Source of the DNA: Adineta vaga
Taxonomy: Eukaryota; Animalia; Rotifera
NCBI GenBank assembly: GCA_021613535.1
Contig: CP075496.1
Coordinates: forward strand, 9,486,001 to 9,550,000
Length of the DNA stretch: 64,000 nt
Direction: 5' to 3'
The notes beneath the pieces are model-generated. The model saw nothing but the letters and a program-made list of their open reading frames with translations, searched no databases and had not been told where the DNA came from. The translations under genes were made by a program, and so were the position numbers. Below are positions 53,324 through 64,000 of this stretch, piece by piece (the first letter of the stretch is position 1; every line of letters begins with the position of its first letter).

Positions 53324-54989
53324 TATTGATTAACTATCTAGAAAACTAAAAATCAATATAATTTTATACATACTTCCGATTATTCATAGAACTGTTTCTC
53401 CTTTACATGTGATTCATGTATTCCCTGTCTCTTTTCTGTTCTAGAACACTTATATCTTATTCTATGTGGGTGTTTATTTGTTGTGGATAAATGTTATGTG
53501 TTTGTCAACGAGTAAACACAGTCGGGAGAAGAGAAAGAGAAAAATAGTTCTCGGTTTTTTCCTTTACTATTGCAGTCAACATAACTACGATCATTTTCAC
53601 TCGTCAATGATAATCGAGAAATGCACTGACGTAACTCCTTTTTTTTCCTTCTATCTTGTGGCCTTGTTTATGCATGAGGCCTATCATGAGCAGCTCAACT
53701 GACATTTGGACGTTTGTATATATCGTGTCGTCAAAAAGTATACAAGGATGCCTGACCTAGACCATCCATCGTCTGTCTTTCTTTCATTTTACCTGTTTTA
53801 TATATGTACAAACGAAGTACGAATAGAGAAGAACGAAAGAGAAAAATAACGAGCTAAAGTGTGAAGAAAAGAGTTCACAAATGAGTACGTATCGATAACT
53901 AAATACCTTGCCTATCGAAATAAATCACAATGCCATGAATAGAACAAGAAAAAAGGGAATAAAATGGGAGAAAGGGATCATATATGACTGATTTCATTTG
54001 CATAGAGAAGTGCTCTCTTCGTATTGTGACTAGTACAAATGAAGAAAAAAAAACAGAACAACAATATGTAAACAGGAAAGAAGAAAAGATCAAAGAGATG
54101 AATGTTAAACAAACGTAATATGAGATGAGGGAGAGAGAGAGATAGAGATAGAGAAATACATGATATTATATCAGATGTATTCAAAAATTTGACAAGTCCA
54201 ATATGGTATTTGTCAAAATCATTCTCTTTGAAATCAAATAAGTGTTTTGATAGAATAAAAAAATAATCCTATCAATTCATTCTGCGGTTAAAAGAAAACA
54301 AGATCATCGATTAGGATATGTGGATCATTTATTCATTTCAATGAATTGCTTCATAGATTGGCCATTCATATAACATATACAAGATGATGTCGCTATTTGT
54401 CAACAATATTTCATATCATTGCACAATGGTAAACAATTATGACAGACGAATTTCGCAAATATTATTGTAGATTGTTGCCATTGTTATCACTGAGAAGTAT
54501 TCTGATTCATAAATAACCAACTGGAATGAAATTACAGTCATTAGATATAAATATTTCATAAGAGAAAGTTGATTTTTATCCCAAAAAAAAAATCTTAAAT
54601 AAATATCTTCGTTACATCATTAGTTTTTCTTACATTTTTTTTTCTTTTGATTTGATCGTAGGGAAGAACAACAATAGTGGTTATTATGATATGAATTGCA
54701 AATTAAATTCTCATTTGTACGTCTAATGTATTTTAAATTGATTATAAAAGAATGATACAACTTCATAGCAGATGGATTCAATCTGTATAGTCATAGATAT
54801 ATTTGCCTTGAATGATGCAATCATTTTTCAATAGAAAAAAAGAAATAGAAATCTTTTATCGTATATATTTTCTTTAAGTATTTTAAATCATACTTGATTT
54901 ACGATAAGAATTATTTTTATTCAAATCGGATTATATATATATATATTATCTTTTCATTTTATCAAAAAAATGAAAATTTTTTTTCCAAT

Positions 54990-56857
54990 ATGATATACAT
55001 TGTTTGCTTGTTTCTTTTTATTCATGTTCTTAATGGACATGCAGATTTATTTCATTGTGACTTTGAAATACCTTGTGCTGATTTTGATTTCGATGAAAAT
55101 TGGAGTGAAACGATTGGATTAAATTCACCGTTTATCGATCATGATCATACGTTAAATAATAGTTCAGGAATTTATCTGTTTTTAACAGCACAGAGTCCTA
55201 TATTAACGCTGTTGAAAACATCTGATTGGATTCAACCATCATTTGATCAATCAATATGTTTTCGTATGTGGTATTACACGTCTGCTATTGATTTATCTTT
55301 GGATATTCAATTAGTACAAGGTGATGATGAATCTCTCACTCGAACTATAGTATCAATAGCTGGAAATATTGATTTAAATAATGATTGGATACCGATTGAT
55401 TTCAGATTACCTTTAGAAAAAGTGAAAATAATCATTCAAGTGAATATGAGAGATGGTTCATTGGCATTCGATGATCTTTCTGTTCATTTTTGTAATGAAT
55501 CTGAATTGATAGAACAAGAAATTTTGTTTTCTTGCGATGGTGAATCATCATGTATTGATGAGTTTATCTCCCTACCTAATTACCCTTATCAATGGTCTAT
55601 CATTCAAGCATACGATGCAATTCAACAAGAGAATCAAACACCATTAATTGATTATACTTTTGCTAATCAATCAGGTCATTATGCTTGGTTAGAAAATTCA
55701 CACAATACTGAACAAGGTAATGTTGGTTATTTGGAAACAAAACGAACGTTTCATATTACCAAAGAGATTTCTTATTGTTTAAATTTTTATTATTATGCAT
55801 ATGGAGAACCTCATATGAGTAATTTAAAAATCTATGCAAGATTGTCAGAAACACCTAATGTAGTTCAACAATTATGGCCAAAACAAAGTTTTGAAGAATA
55901 TGAGTAAGTAAAAAAAAGAATACTATTAAAATAATTTTTTTTTCTTCCCCTCTCAATTGTAGTTATACATACAACAAATGGTATATATTATCTAAATTTA
56001 TCTAAAAACAGATGATTGATTTTACTATTTTTAGGACATGGGGCATTGTCGATCTTCCGTTAGGTTCCTATTCTCTTCTTTTTCATGTGGATAGTAAAAG
56101 TACGGATTTGAGTTCATTTGCACTTGATGATATTAGTGTAACTTCATGTAATTATCCATTCTCTGAAATGACTTCTTCTCCATCTCTTCTGTCATTTTCG
56201 TGTAATTTTGATCAATCAATGCAATGTGAAATGGAAAATGGTTATTTAGGTGTAATTAATTCATTTAATTTTACTATTTTCACTGGTGATACAATACCTG
56301 ATCGTCAATTAGGTCCTAAGAATGATTATACTACTAATTCATCATCCGGTGGATTTTATTATTGGAATCGTCAAAGTAATTTATCTGCGGATGATTTTGC
56401 TACATTTAGTTCATTGAAAACTATTGAACGAAATGCAGATATGTGTATTAAATTTGCTTACTTCGTCAAACCTTTAGTAGTTGATGGAAATGAAACAATA
56501 TTGACGTTAGATGGACTCAAATGTTCTCGAGAGAATGTTTGGACAAAATCAGTAGTTGATAGTCAAGGATGGCAATTAATTAGTATACATTTGGAAAATT
56601 ATGTATGTGCAGAGCAATTTTATTTTAGTGTGTTTGTAGAAACAGCAAAGAAAGTAGCAGTAGCTTTTGATGATATACGATTTGCACAATGTAGTTTGAT
56701 AAATACAACAGATTTGATCTTGTCAACAATATCAATAACAATGACTGTGACTACTTCAAGTGTAGTTACACAAAATAGCTCATCATGGTTAACATTTTCG
56801 ATTGAATTGATGCTATTGTTTTTCATCTTGTTCCTTATTGGAATCATATTTAACTAA
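54990..56857 (+). CDS. Secreted/membrane-anchored protein with three MAM domains
   Basis: Signal peptide; repeats CDFE..C..W..DHT..G.Y..C..F.YY..AFDD; 18-nt micro-exon 55963-55980; hydrophobic C-terminus. Confidence 0.85.
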
Positions 56858-57691
56858 AATAAAAAACTAAATAAAAATATATAAGAACATTCAATATTCA
56901 GTTCTATATGTTTTGAGTAATTATATTTATTCTTTAGTCGTTAGAAGATCTTAATAATGTAGATAGAATATCAATATATCTTGCAATACAATACAAGAAC
57001 AACAAATGAAGAATTCTATTTATTTCGAGTTCTTTTCCAATGTTCTATAGTATAAATCGAAACAGTATCAACAATAAACAATATCATTGATCAAAAGGTT
57101 TTTTGAATTTTTAAAACGAAAAAATCATGTAGTAGGGATAATGTTTGAGAATAACTTGAGTTTATAGTATTGGAAAAAAAATTGTTGTTTTACACGTAGA
57201 AAATAATTGAAGAGAGTATAGAATAGAGAAGCATTGTGAAATATAAGAAATAATCTACATAAAATTATAAGGACAAAATTCAATTCTGTTTTTTCACGTC
57301 ATCATCTGTATTTGAATAATTTCCGATCGTATATCCGAACGATTTCGTATTTGAAAGTTACATCTTCCTGGTTGATTTGTCTTCTGGTAGTACTCTCATA
57401 AAAATTACATATAACTGAAAACTTCATGTTTATTTCACTACTTTTTGTATTATGAAATTCATTTGATTCTTTCTGACCAACCTATCCAATTCTATCGTGT
57501 AACAATCGATTGATCCCTTATAATAAATTGAAAAGATGCTTTATAAGTATTTTCTTATTTCTTCATAAAATAACAAATAGTAAAAAAAAGAAATCATTTT
57601 CACCTTTTGTTCGTATTCAATCGGTAAGAGAACACATTTTCTATCTATATCTCAACGAATATTTTTATTTATTAAAGTCGGCCAAAATTTC

Positions 57692-57994
57692 ATGGCATCT
57701 AAAACCTCTGGTTCCAATCAAGTTTCATCTATAGAAACAAAAACTATCACTCAGTATGAAGATGCACATCGATCTCGTATGAATAGTCGAAAATCAGACA
57801 GGTAATTCATTGAAAAAAATGCATTACAAACTATAAACTCTGCTGAATTATTTTAGTGATTTATCAAAATGGACTGGACTTAACGCCACTTATTTATGGT
57901 TTATTAATCGGACTTTTTGCAATGGGAATAGTTTTGGCAGTCATACTAACACTTTGGTTAACAAAAAAGTAGAGTTCTTCTTCTACAACTAATG
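57692..57994 (+). pseudogene. Remnant 5' exons of a type II membrane protein gene
   Basis: ATG exon, GT-AG intron, then a TM-like PLIYGLLIGLFAMGIVLAVILTLWL reached only through a frameshift and followed by an in-frame TAG; no downstream exons seen. Confidence 0.4.
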
Positions 57995-58672
57995 GTTAGT
58001 ACATATACCAGTTGTTTTGATATGAATTAATGATTAATACAAATGTTATTACATAAAGAACAGATATTGAAAGAAAAATTGATCTACAGAGCTATATATG
58101 TGTGCGTTTTTTGTTCATATTTGTTGATAAATATAAAAATGAAGAGAGAAACTAAAAGTTTTGTATATCGATATAATAATAATAACATTTCCGAATTATT
58201 GTTTAAACTTTTAACCTTAACGGAGATTTGTGAAACGAAGTTTCATTTACTATTGAAGTTAACTACTGCGAAAACAATAACTAGAAAATCATCGGATAAG
58301 ATACAACTAAAATATGAGAAATGTATTTCTTCTTCATTGACCATGCGATTGTCTCTAGTAGCTTTATTATTCGTTGTATATTGCTTTTGATTTTTATGGT
58401 AAGTTTCATTCATACTATCTATGAAAAATGATTATTTGAAGTGTAAATTCAAACCAAAATTAACTTGCTAGAGCATTATCATGCATCCGTTGAATATTAA
58501 CTTATGAGTTTTATAGTAATAACAATTCATTGAAATCTATCACAAAATATATCGCTGACGTTAAAAGATAGATTTAATTATGAGAAAAAAGAACGAAACT
58601 GTGAATTTTATTCTTCACTAATCATAAACAACAAGAGAAATCTCTTTTTTATTAATCAATAAAATAAAACTT

Positions 58673-59650
58673 TTAGTCTTTTGATTGTTTGGATACAAAT
58701 GCAGGTGTAATTGATGGTTTATTAAACTTTTTCAATATGAAATCTACCACCGAAGCAGGTAAGAATGTTAATGGTAAGTACACTATACTTGCTTGCCAAC
58801 CTGGTCGATAACGAATCTCTGGTTTTGTATTCATAACAGCATGTTCAAGTGCTCGTACAACTTTCATCGGATCTTCTGCATGTTTGATAAATATATTATT
58901 AGCTCTATTTTGATAAAATTGTTTAATATAATCTTTTCCCCATCGTTCTTGTACATCCGCTGATAATTTTGTCCAGAAATCATCAAATGATTTATTGAGT
59001 CCTTCAATAATTGGTGTTTGCATAAAACCTGGTTCAATAATACTAACATGTAAACCCCATGATATCATTTCTCGACGAAGACAATCCGAAAAGGATTCTA
59101 ATGCAAATTTTGATGCTGAATAAGCTGACATATTGGGTGCAGCTAAAATCCCTGCAACAGAGCTAATATTCACTACACGTGAATAACGTTTACTAATCAA
59201 TAATGGTAAAAATGTTTTTGTCATTGCAACATGTCCAAAAAAGTTCACATCCATTGTTTGACGCATAAATTCCAACGATGTCCAATCAACATAACCACCT
59301 TCTCCAATACCAGCATTGTTCACAAGTGCATGAAGTGTATTCGTCTTCTTTCGTACTAATTCATATATTCCATCAATATCTTGTTGTTTTGTTATATCAA
59401 GAGAAAAAACTGTTGCTTTCGATGATAATTCTTTTTCAAGTTTGGAAATATTATTCGAAAGATAAACACCAGCCAATACATGAAAACCTTTTTGATCAAG
59501 TTGAACAGCTAGTTTATGGCCAAATCCACTATCACATCCACTAATTAAAACATATTTTCCGTTTGGTTTAATACTCGGTGATGGAAAAAAATGTAAATAT
59601 AGACGATAGAAGATATAAAAGAAAATGACGAAACCAAGAATCCAGAACAT
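58673..59650 (-). CDS. Short-chain dehydrogenase/reductase, RDH/17beta-HSD6 (SDR9C)-like
   Basis: N-terminal TM, ISGCDSGFG, LVNNAG, catalytic YSASK, FSDCLRRE; intronless, 325 aa. Confidence 0.9.
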   Translation of the reverse strand: MFWILGFVIFFYIFYRLYLHFFPSPSIKPNGKYVLISGCDSGFGHKLAVQLDQKGFHVLAGVYLSNNISKLEKELSSKATVFSLDITKQQDIDGIYELVRKKTNTLHALVNNAGIGEGGYVDWTSLEFMRQTMDVNFFGHVAMTKTFLPLLISKRYSRVVNISSVAGILAAPNMSAYSASKFALESFSDCLRREMISWGLHVSIIEPGFMQTPIIEGLNKSFDDFWTKLSADVQERWGKDYIKQFYQNRANNIFIKHAEDPMKVVRALEHAVMNTKPEIRYRPGWQASIVYLPLTFLPASVVDFILKKFNKPSITPAFVSKQSKD

Positions 59651-60342
59651 GACTATTCTTTAAAATGAAAAATAATAAAATGACAAAATTCAGATTTGTT
59701 TTCGTTTTTTCTCTTTATATTCAGTTCGGCGAGATTTAACAGAACGACAAACACGTGGATGAATTCGAATAGTTTATTCTATCTTCTATTTTGATATGAA
59801 ACAAATCTTTCTGTTGTTTTTCACGGTTGGATAAGATCGGTGAAAAAGGTAACCAATTAGCTGAAACTGCGCGGGATGAAATCATCTATGATTTTACTGA
59901 ATCTTTTTCACCTCTTTTGTGTGAATATTACATTATGCAAATCAATGAATATAAAACATATCGATAATTGTTATCAAAAATTCATTTTTAAAAGAGTTTT
60001 ATTTCAATAATCTATCTTTATACACGATTATGTAGATTTTTTCAATGTGATATATCATCTGATAATTGAAGAGTATTTAGTTAGTAATTCTATCGAAATA
60101 TTCTTTAGAAAAAAAGGATATATTAAGTGATAATATCTTTTTCTAATACTTCACGTTTCGAATCAAAGAATGATAGAAGAGAAATTGAAAGTGATTTTTT
60201 TCTTAGCTATAGAGAATTCACGTAGCGAATTCTATAGAAATCTCTCGTTTTCAGATTAACAAGAAGTACAACTATATATATGAATATGTCTTCTATAGGA
60301 TTTGTGACATTTTTCATTGTGTAGAATAATTGCATCATAGAC

Positions 60343-60787
60343 ATGAAGAATACAAATTTCATGATTTTCATTTTGTTCTTTGGTTTGTATTTTGTATATT
60401 CAGTTTGTAATAATTTTATTCTTATCATTGTAGTTATCATTGGAACTATTGCTAAAGAATGCTATCAATGTGCACGATGTCCTGTACCATTTGATGAAAA
60501 TGGTTCGGACGTCAGGAAGGTCACTGTCCAAGATGAAGATTATTGTACGGTATGATGGAGATTCATCAGATGAATAAGTTTAATATGTTGTTATTTTTTT
60601 GTTATAGAAAGAGATTCGAGATACTGGTGAAGTAAGAGACAATGGTGGCCTAACATGTGCACCTGTTGGTTTAACAAAATTTTGTTGTAAAGATAATTTA
60701 TGTAATGAAGCAACACCATCTGTATTCAATGTTAAACTTCTGACAGCAACAACTATGGCATATATTGTTTTTCGATATTTTTATTAA
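60343..60787 (+). CDS. Ly6/uPAR (three-finger, quiver-like) GPI-anchored small protein
   Basis: Signal peptide, ECYQC..C..YC..C..CCKDNLCN and a hydrophobic tail; introns ~60383-60433 and ~60550-60607. Confidence 0.8.
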
Positions 60788-61166
60788 TTGAATTTCTGTT
60801 TGTGTTTTAACTAAGCTTGAATCCATAGTTCATTGATGCCATTCTTTTTTTGTTTTTTTCAAACATATTTATCAATATTGAAATAGCCGAAAGAAATATT
60901 CTTCTTGCTCTAAACAATATATAAGTGACAGATATAGAATGTCACAATGAAGATGACCATTTAATGATCGAGAGAAAAAACCCGTAGAGAATGATTGTCT
61001 ACTTCAAAATCATAGTAAACAAAACCATACTTTTTGAATTGTATACCGCATGTAAGGAATTCACTTTCTTTGTTTTTCTATTACAACTAAATACATATTT
61101 CTATTCATCTATATGATGCAAAAGAAAGGTATAATATCTACATGAATTACATAGAAAAAGAACCAT

Positions 61167-63028
61167 TTATTTCCATTGTACACAAATTTGATCGTCAACA
61201 CGTTTAATTGTATATTCATTATGTCCCTGTTCAGAACGGATCATTTTTTGTAATTTATCAGTTAAATTATAATCAATTTTTGGAATAGAAAGAAGTAAAA
61301 TCGATAAATGTGGTAAAGCGTTGCAATCTTTTGTAAAAACAAGTCGTGCTAAAGATGCAATATCGATCGTACGTGAACAACTGATTTGCAATTGTTGAAT
61401 ACGTGGACATAAATGAATTAGAAATTGAATTTGTGCTAATTCCACAATATTGGTAAGAGTAACTCGAATAATTTGATTTGTTTTTCGTAATAAATCAATT
61501 AAATTTTCTTCTTCCTTAGATAATTTTCTATGTTTCATTAACATTAAACTTTTCAATTCTACTGATTCAAGATCAGGTAATAAATGTAGTAAATCAAGAA
61601 AAAGTCCCACATAAAATTCATCATGCTGAAGATTCAAATGAGTAATTCGGATAATATTAAAAAAAGGTATCACATTGCAGAGAATCGAACGTGGATAACA
61701 ATTTAAAGCATTTTGTTTAATCGTAACTTTGGTAAATGGACTTGTTTTACTGAGCAATTTTTCAAATGATAATTCATTTGAATTGATCATTTGTTGTCTT
61801 TGATCTACAGTTATATCATTGGAATATTTTCTAAGATAGAAAAAGAAAATTCTTTTGAATATAGAGAAGAGAATTTAGTAATTACTTCACTGGAACAATA
61901 GAAAATAAGATTTGATTTGAAACTAGACCAGCAATAACAATTGAAAGTTTAGGAATCCAATTTTGTTCCATCCAAAATGGAGTATAAAATTGTTTGATTA
62001 AATCATAAAAATCGACTTCTTTAAAAAGCTTTTTATCAAAAGTTTGATGATGTTGAAAATAAAATCGATATAAATTCGGCATATATTTCACAATTAATCG
62101 TTCCCATTGCTCAGCATAAAGATGAATTTTCGTTGAATGAATATTTAATCGTAAGATTTGAACGTGACTTGAGATTTTCTGTATAAATCTTTCAAATTCA
62201 TTCCATACTGTAAAATAAGTTAGAAGTGAAATATGTGTTAATTCCGGAAGTATTATAATTATATCTTCAATATTTTCACTCCAATCAATCAATCCTCGAC
62301 AAGTTAAATGAGTTAATTGCGGTGTATATGAAAGCATTGTCATGAGATTTCTTATTCGACAAGAATGATCAATATTGAGATATTTGATGGAATTCATATG
62401 ATTTGGCTGCGCTAATGATAATGGAATTTCGGGATTGTATTGATTGTACGAAATCTTCAAATATTTTATTGATAAGATTTGAAATACGAATTTGTAAAGA
62501 AGAGGTAGATTTTTAAAATCATCTTCGATGGAAATTGTCAATGAAACAAGTTGTGGAAATGTTTTTAAGATTAAGAGATGTTTTAGAATAAGATTTGATT
62601 TTATATCAATAAAACGTACGGATTCTAGATAATGTTGAAAGGGAATATCTTGTCTAAAAGGAAAAATAATAAAATTGATAATTAAAGGCTAAAATTCAAC
62701 ATAATAACTTTACTTTTGTTCTGAATTTGGATCAGCATGTAAATGTTGAATAGATTTTTCTTGTGTTGGTAAATGACATACTTTGATTTTAAGTCGCAAT
62801 GATAAACAAGCAAGTAATTTTTCAAAACGAATATTAAGATTTGTAAATGATTGAAATATATTACAATCCTCGAGATAATCAAATATTTCATAGAAAATTT
62901 CATTTGATAAATGTTCGATATAATGAATTGATGATCTAAATTAAAATACAGCGATTCAAACCGTACTATGATCATTTGATGATCACTTACATTTTTGTCA
63001 TAATTTTATTATCGTTATTTGAATTCAT
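61167..63028 (-). CDS. F-box-like/LRR-like family protein (intact only if the 60-nt segment 62654-62713 is spliced)
   Basis: IEHLSNEIFYEIFDYL F-box-like motif, LYAEQWERLI..MPNL motif; paralogous to 32482-34483. Confidence 0.65.
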
Positions 63029-63600
63029 TCACAATGATGCTGCGAGAAAGTATTATGCATACATGAATGTATAAAATGACAAATGGTTGGAAAAAAGAAA
63101 GTTGTCATGCATATATACATGCAATTTTATACTGTTGATTCATGATTTTGATGTCGTCCATGACGTCATTTCAGGTGAAAAGAAAAAGGAAGCAAGAGTA
63201 CAGTGGTATGCATCGTTTTTGCTTAACAGCATGTTTTCTTTCATTGAGATTTTTTTTAAATGGTTTTTATTCAGATCAACCTACACACAACACGTTTGTG
63301 TAAAATCGGTAACTTGAAGCATAATCTGTGCACTATCAAAGATAAGAGATATTTCAAATAATTATGAAATAATTAGTAGTTGCTCTTATATATATATATT
63401 AGTTTCCAACATGCGTTTGTCAATTAATTATCCTTCGGTTCACATAGATGTCACGCACAAATATATATATATATATATAAATATTTGCTATTTGTTTGTT
63501 CATAAAAACAAAAAACAATGTTAGAACGTGTTTAAATATATTCCTTTGTATATAAGTTGTTTTTTCTTCGAATACAGAAAACTATTAAAATCTTGACGTA

Positions 63601-64000
63601 TTATTTCTTATATACACAGAGTTTCTTATCTGTAGAATAGATAACGTAAGTTTCTTTCATGAAAACCAACTTTATGATTGATTTGATATCGATATCAGTT
63701 GAATATCCAATTTCGAAGTATTGCATACACGGACAAAGTTCAATTAGAAATTGAATATGCGCTAATTCAGTAACCGATTGAATATTGACTTTGGTAATCT
63801 TATTTTTATTTGATTCAGAAGACGATTTTACGACTGACAACGATTGAAGACGTAATGCATCAAGATTTGGTAGACAACATATTAGATTTATCAATATATC
63901 AGAAGCAATTTCATTCTGAGAAATATCTAATCGTGTGATACAAATTAATCGAAATAGAGTCTTTGTTTGATCTGTGAAGATTTCATTTGCTTGACGATAC
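63601..64000 (-). CDS. 3' end of another F-box-like/LRR-like paralog (runs off the window)
   Basis: LPNLDALRLQSL..NKITKVNI..ELAHIQFLIELCP matches the last exon of the 61167 gene. Confidence 0.65.
   Translation of the reverse strand, partial: YRQANEIFTDQTKTLFRLICITRLDISQNEIASDILINLICCLPNLDALRLQSLSVVKSSSESNKNKITKVNIQSVTELAHIQFLIELCPCMQYFEIGYSTDIDIKSIIKLVFMKETYVIYSTDKKLCVYKK

Noticed and set aside
1-64000. Prokaryotic defence island, CRISPR array or operon
   Set aside because: Abundant spliceosomal introns and metazoan genes; no repeat-spacer array seen.

Overview
AT-rich eukaryotic (animal) genomic DNA with many short (about 35-80 nt) GT-AG introns. The gene-family mix (NHL-repeat/EGF membrane proteins, ART-like/TPR proteins, expanded intronless rhodopsin-like GPCRs, F-box/LRR-like paralogs, a fungal-looking MFS transporter) is most consistent with a bdelloid rotifer; this is inference and was not database-checked. 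About 25 protein-coding loci and one tRNA-Gln(UUG) are visible. Recognisable conserved genes are LZTFL1, SHQ1, a nostrin-like F-BAR/HR1/SH3 gene, a muscle LIM (CSRP-like) gene, an SLC22 transporter with a GPCR nested in one intron, an SDR and an AANAT-like GNAT. The most unusual stretch is 1-6.9 kb. It holds an intact multi-exon tandem-pseudokinase gene with three C2HC zinc fingers and a CC C-terminus, convergent with a gene that appears to fuse a stonustoxin-like (MACPF/CDC-type pore-former) N-terminus to a P-loop GTPase. Many genes of expanded families carry frameshifts or in-frame stops, whereas the conserved genes I traced look intact. No CRISPR array, rRNA or recognisable transposase was found. 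Exon models were built by hand from splice signals and reading frame.
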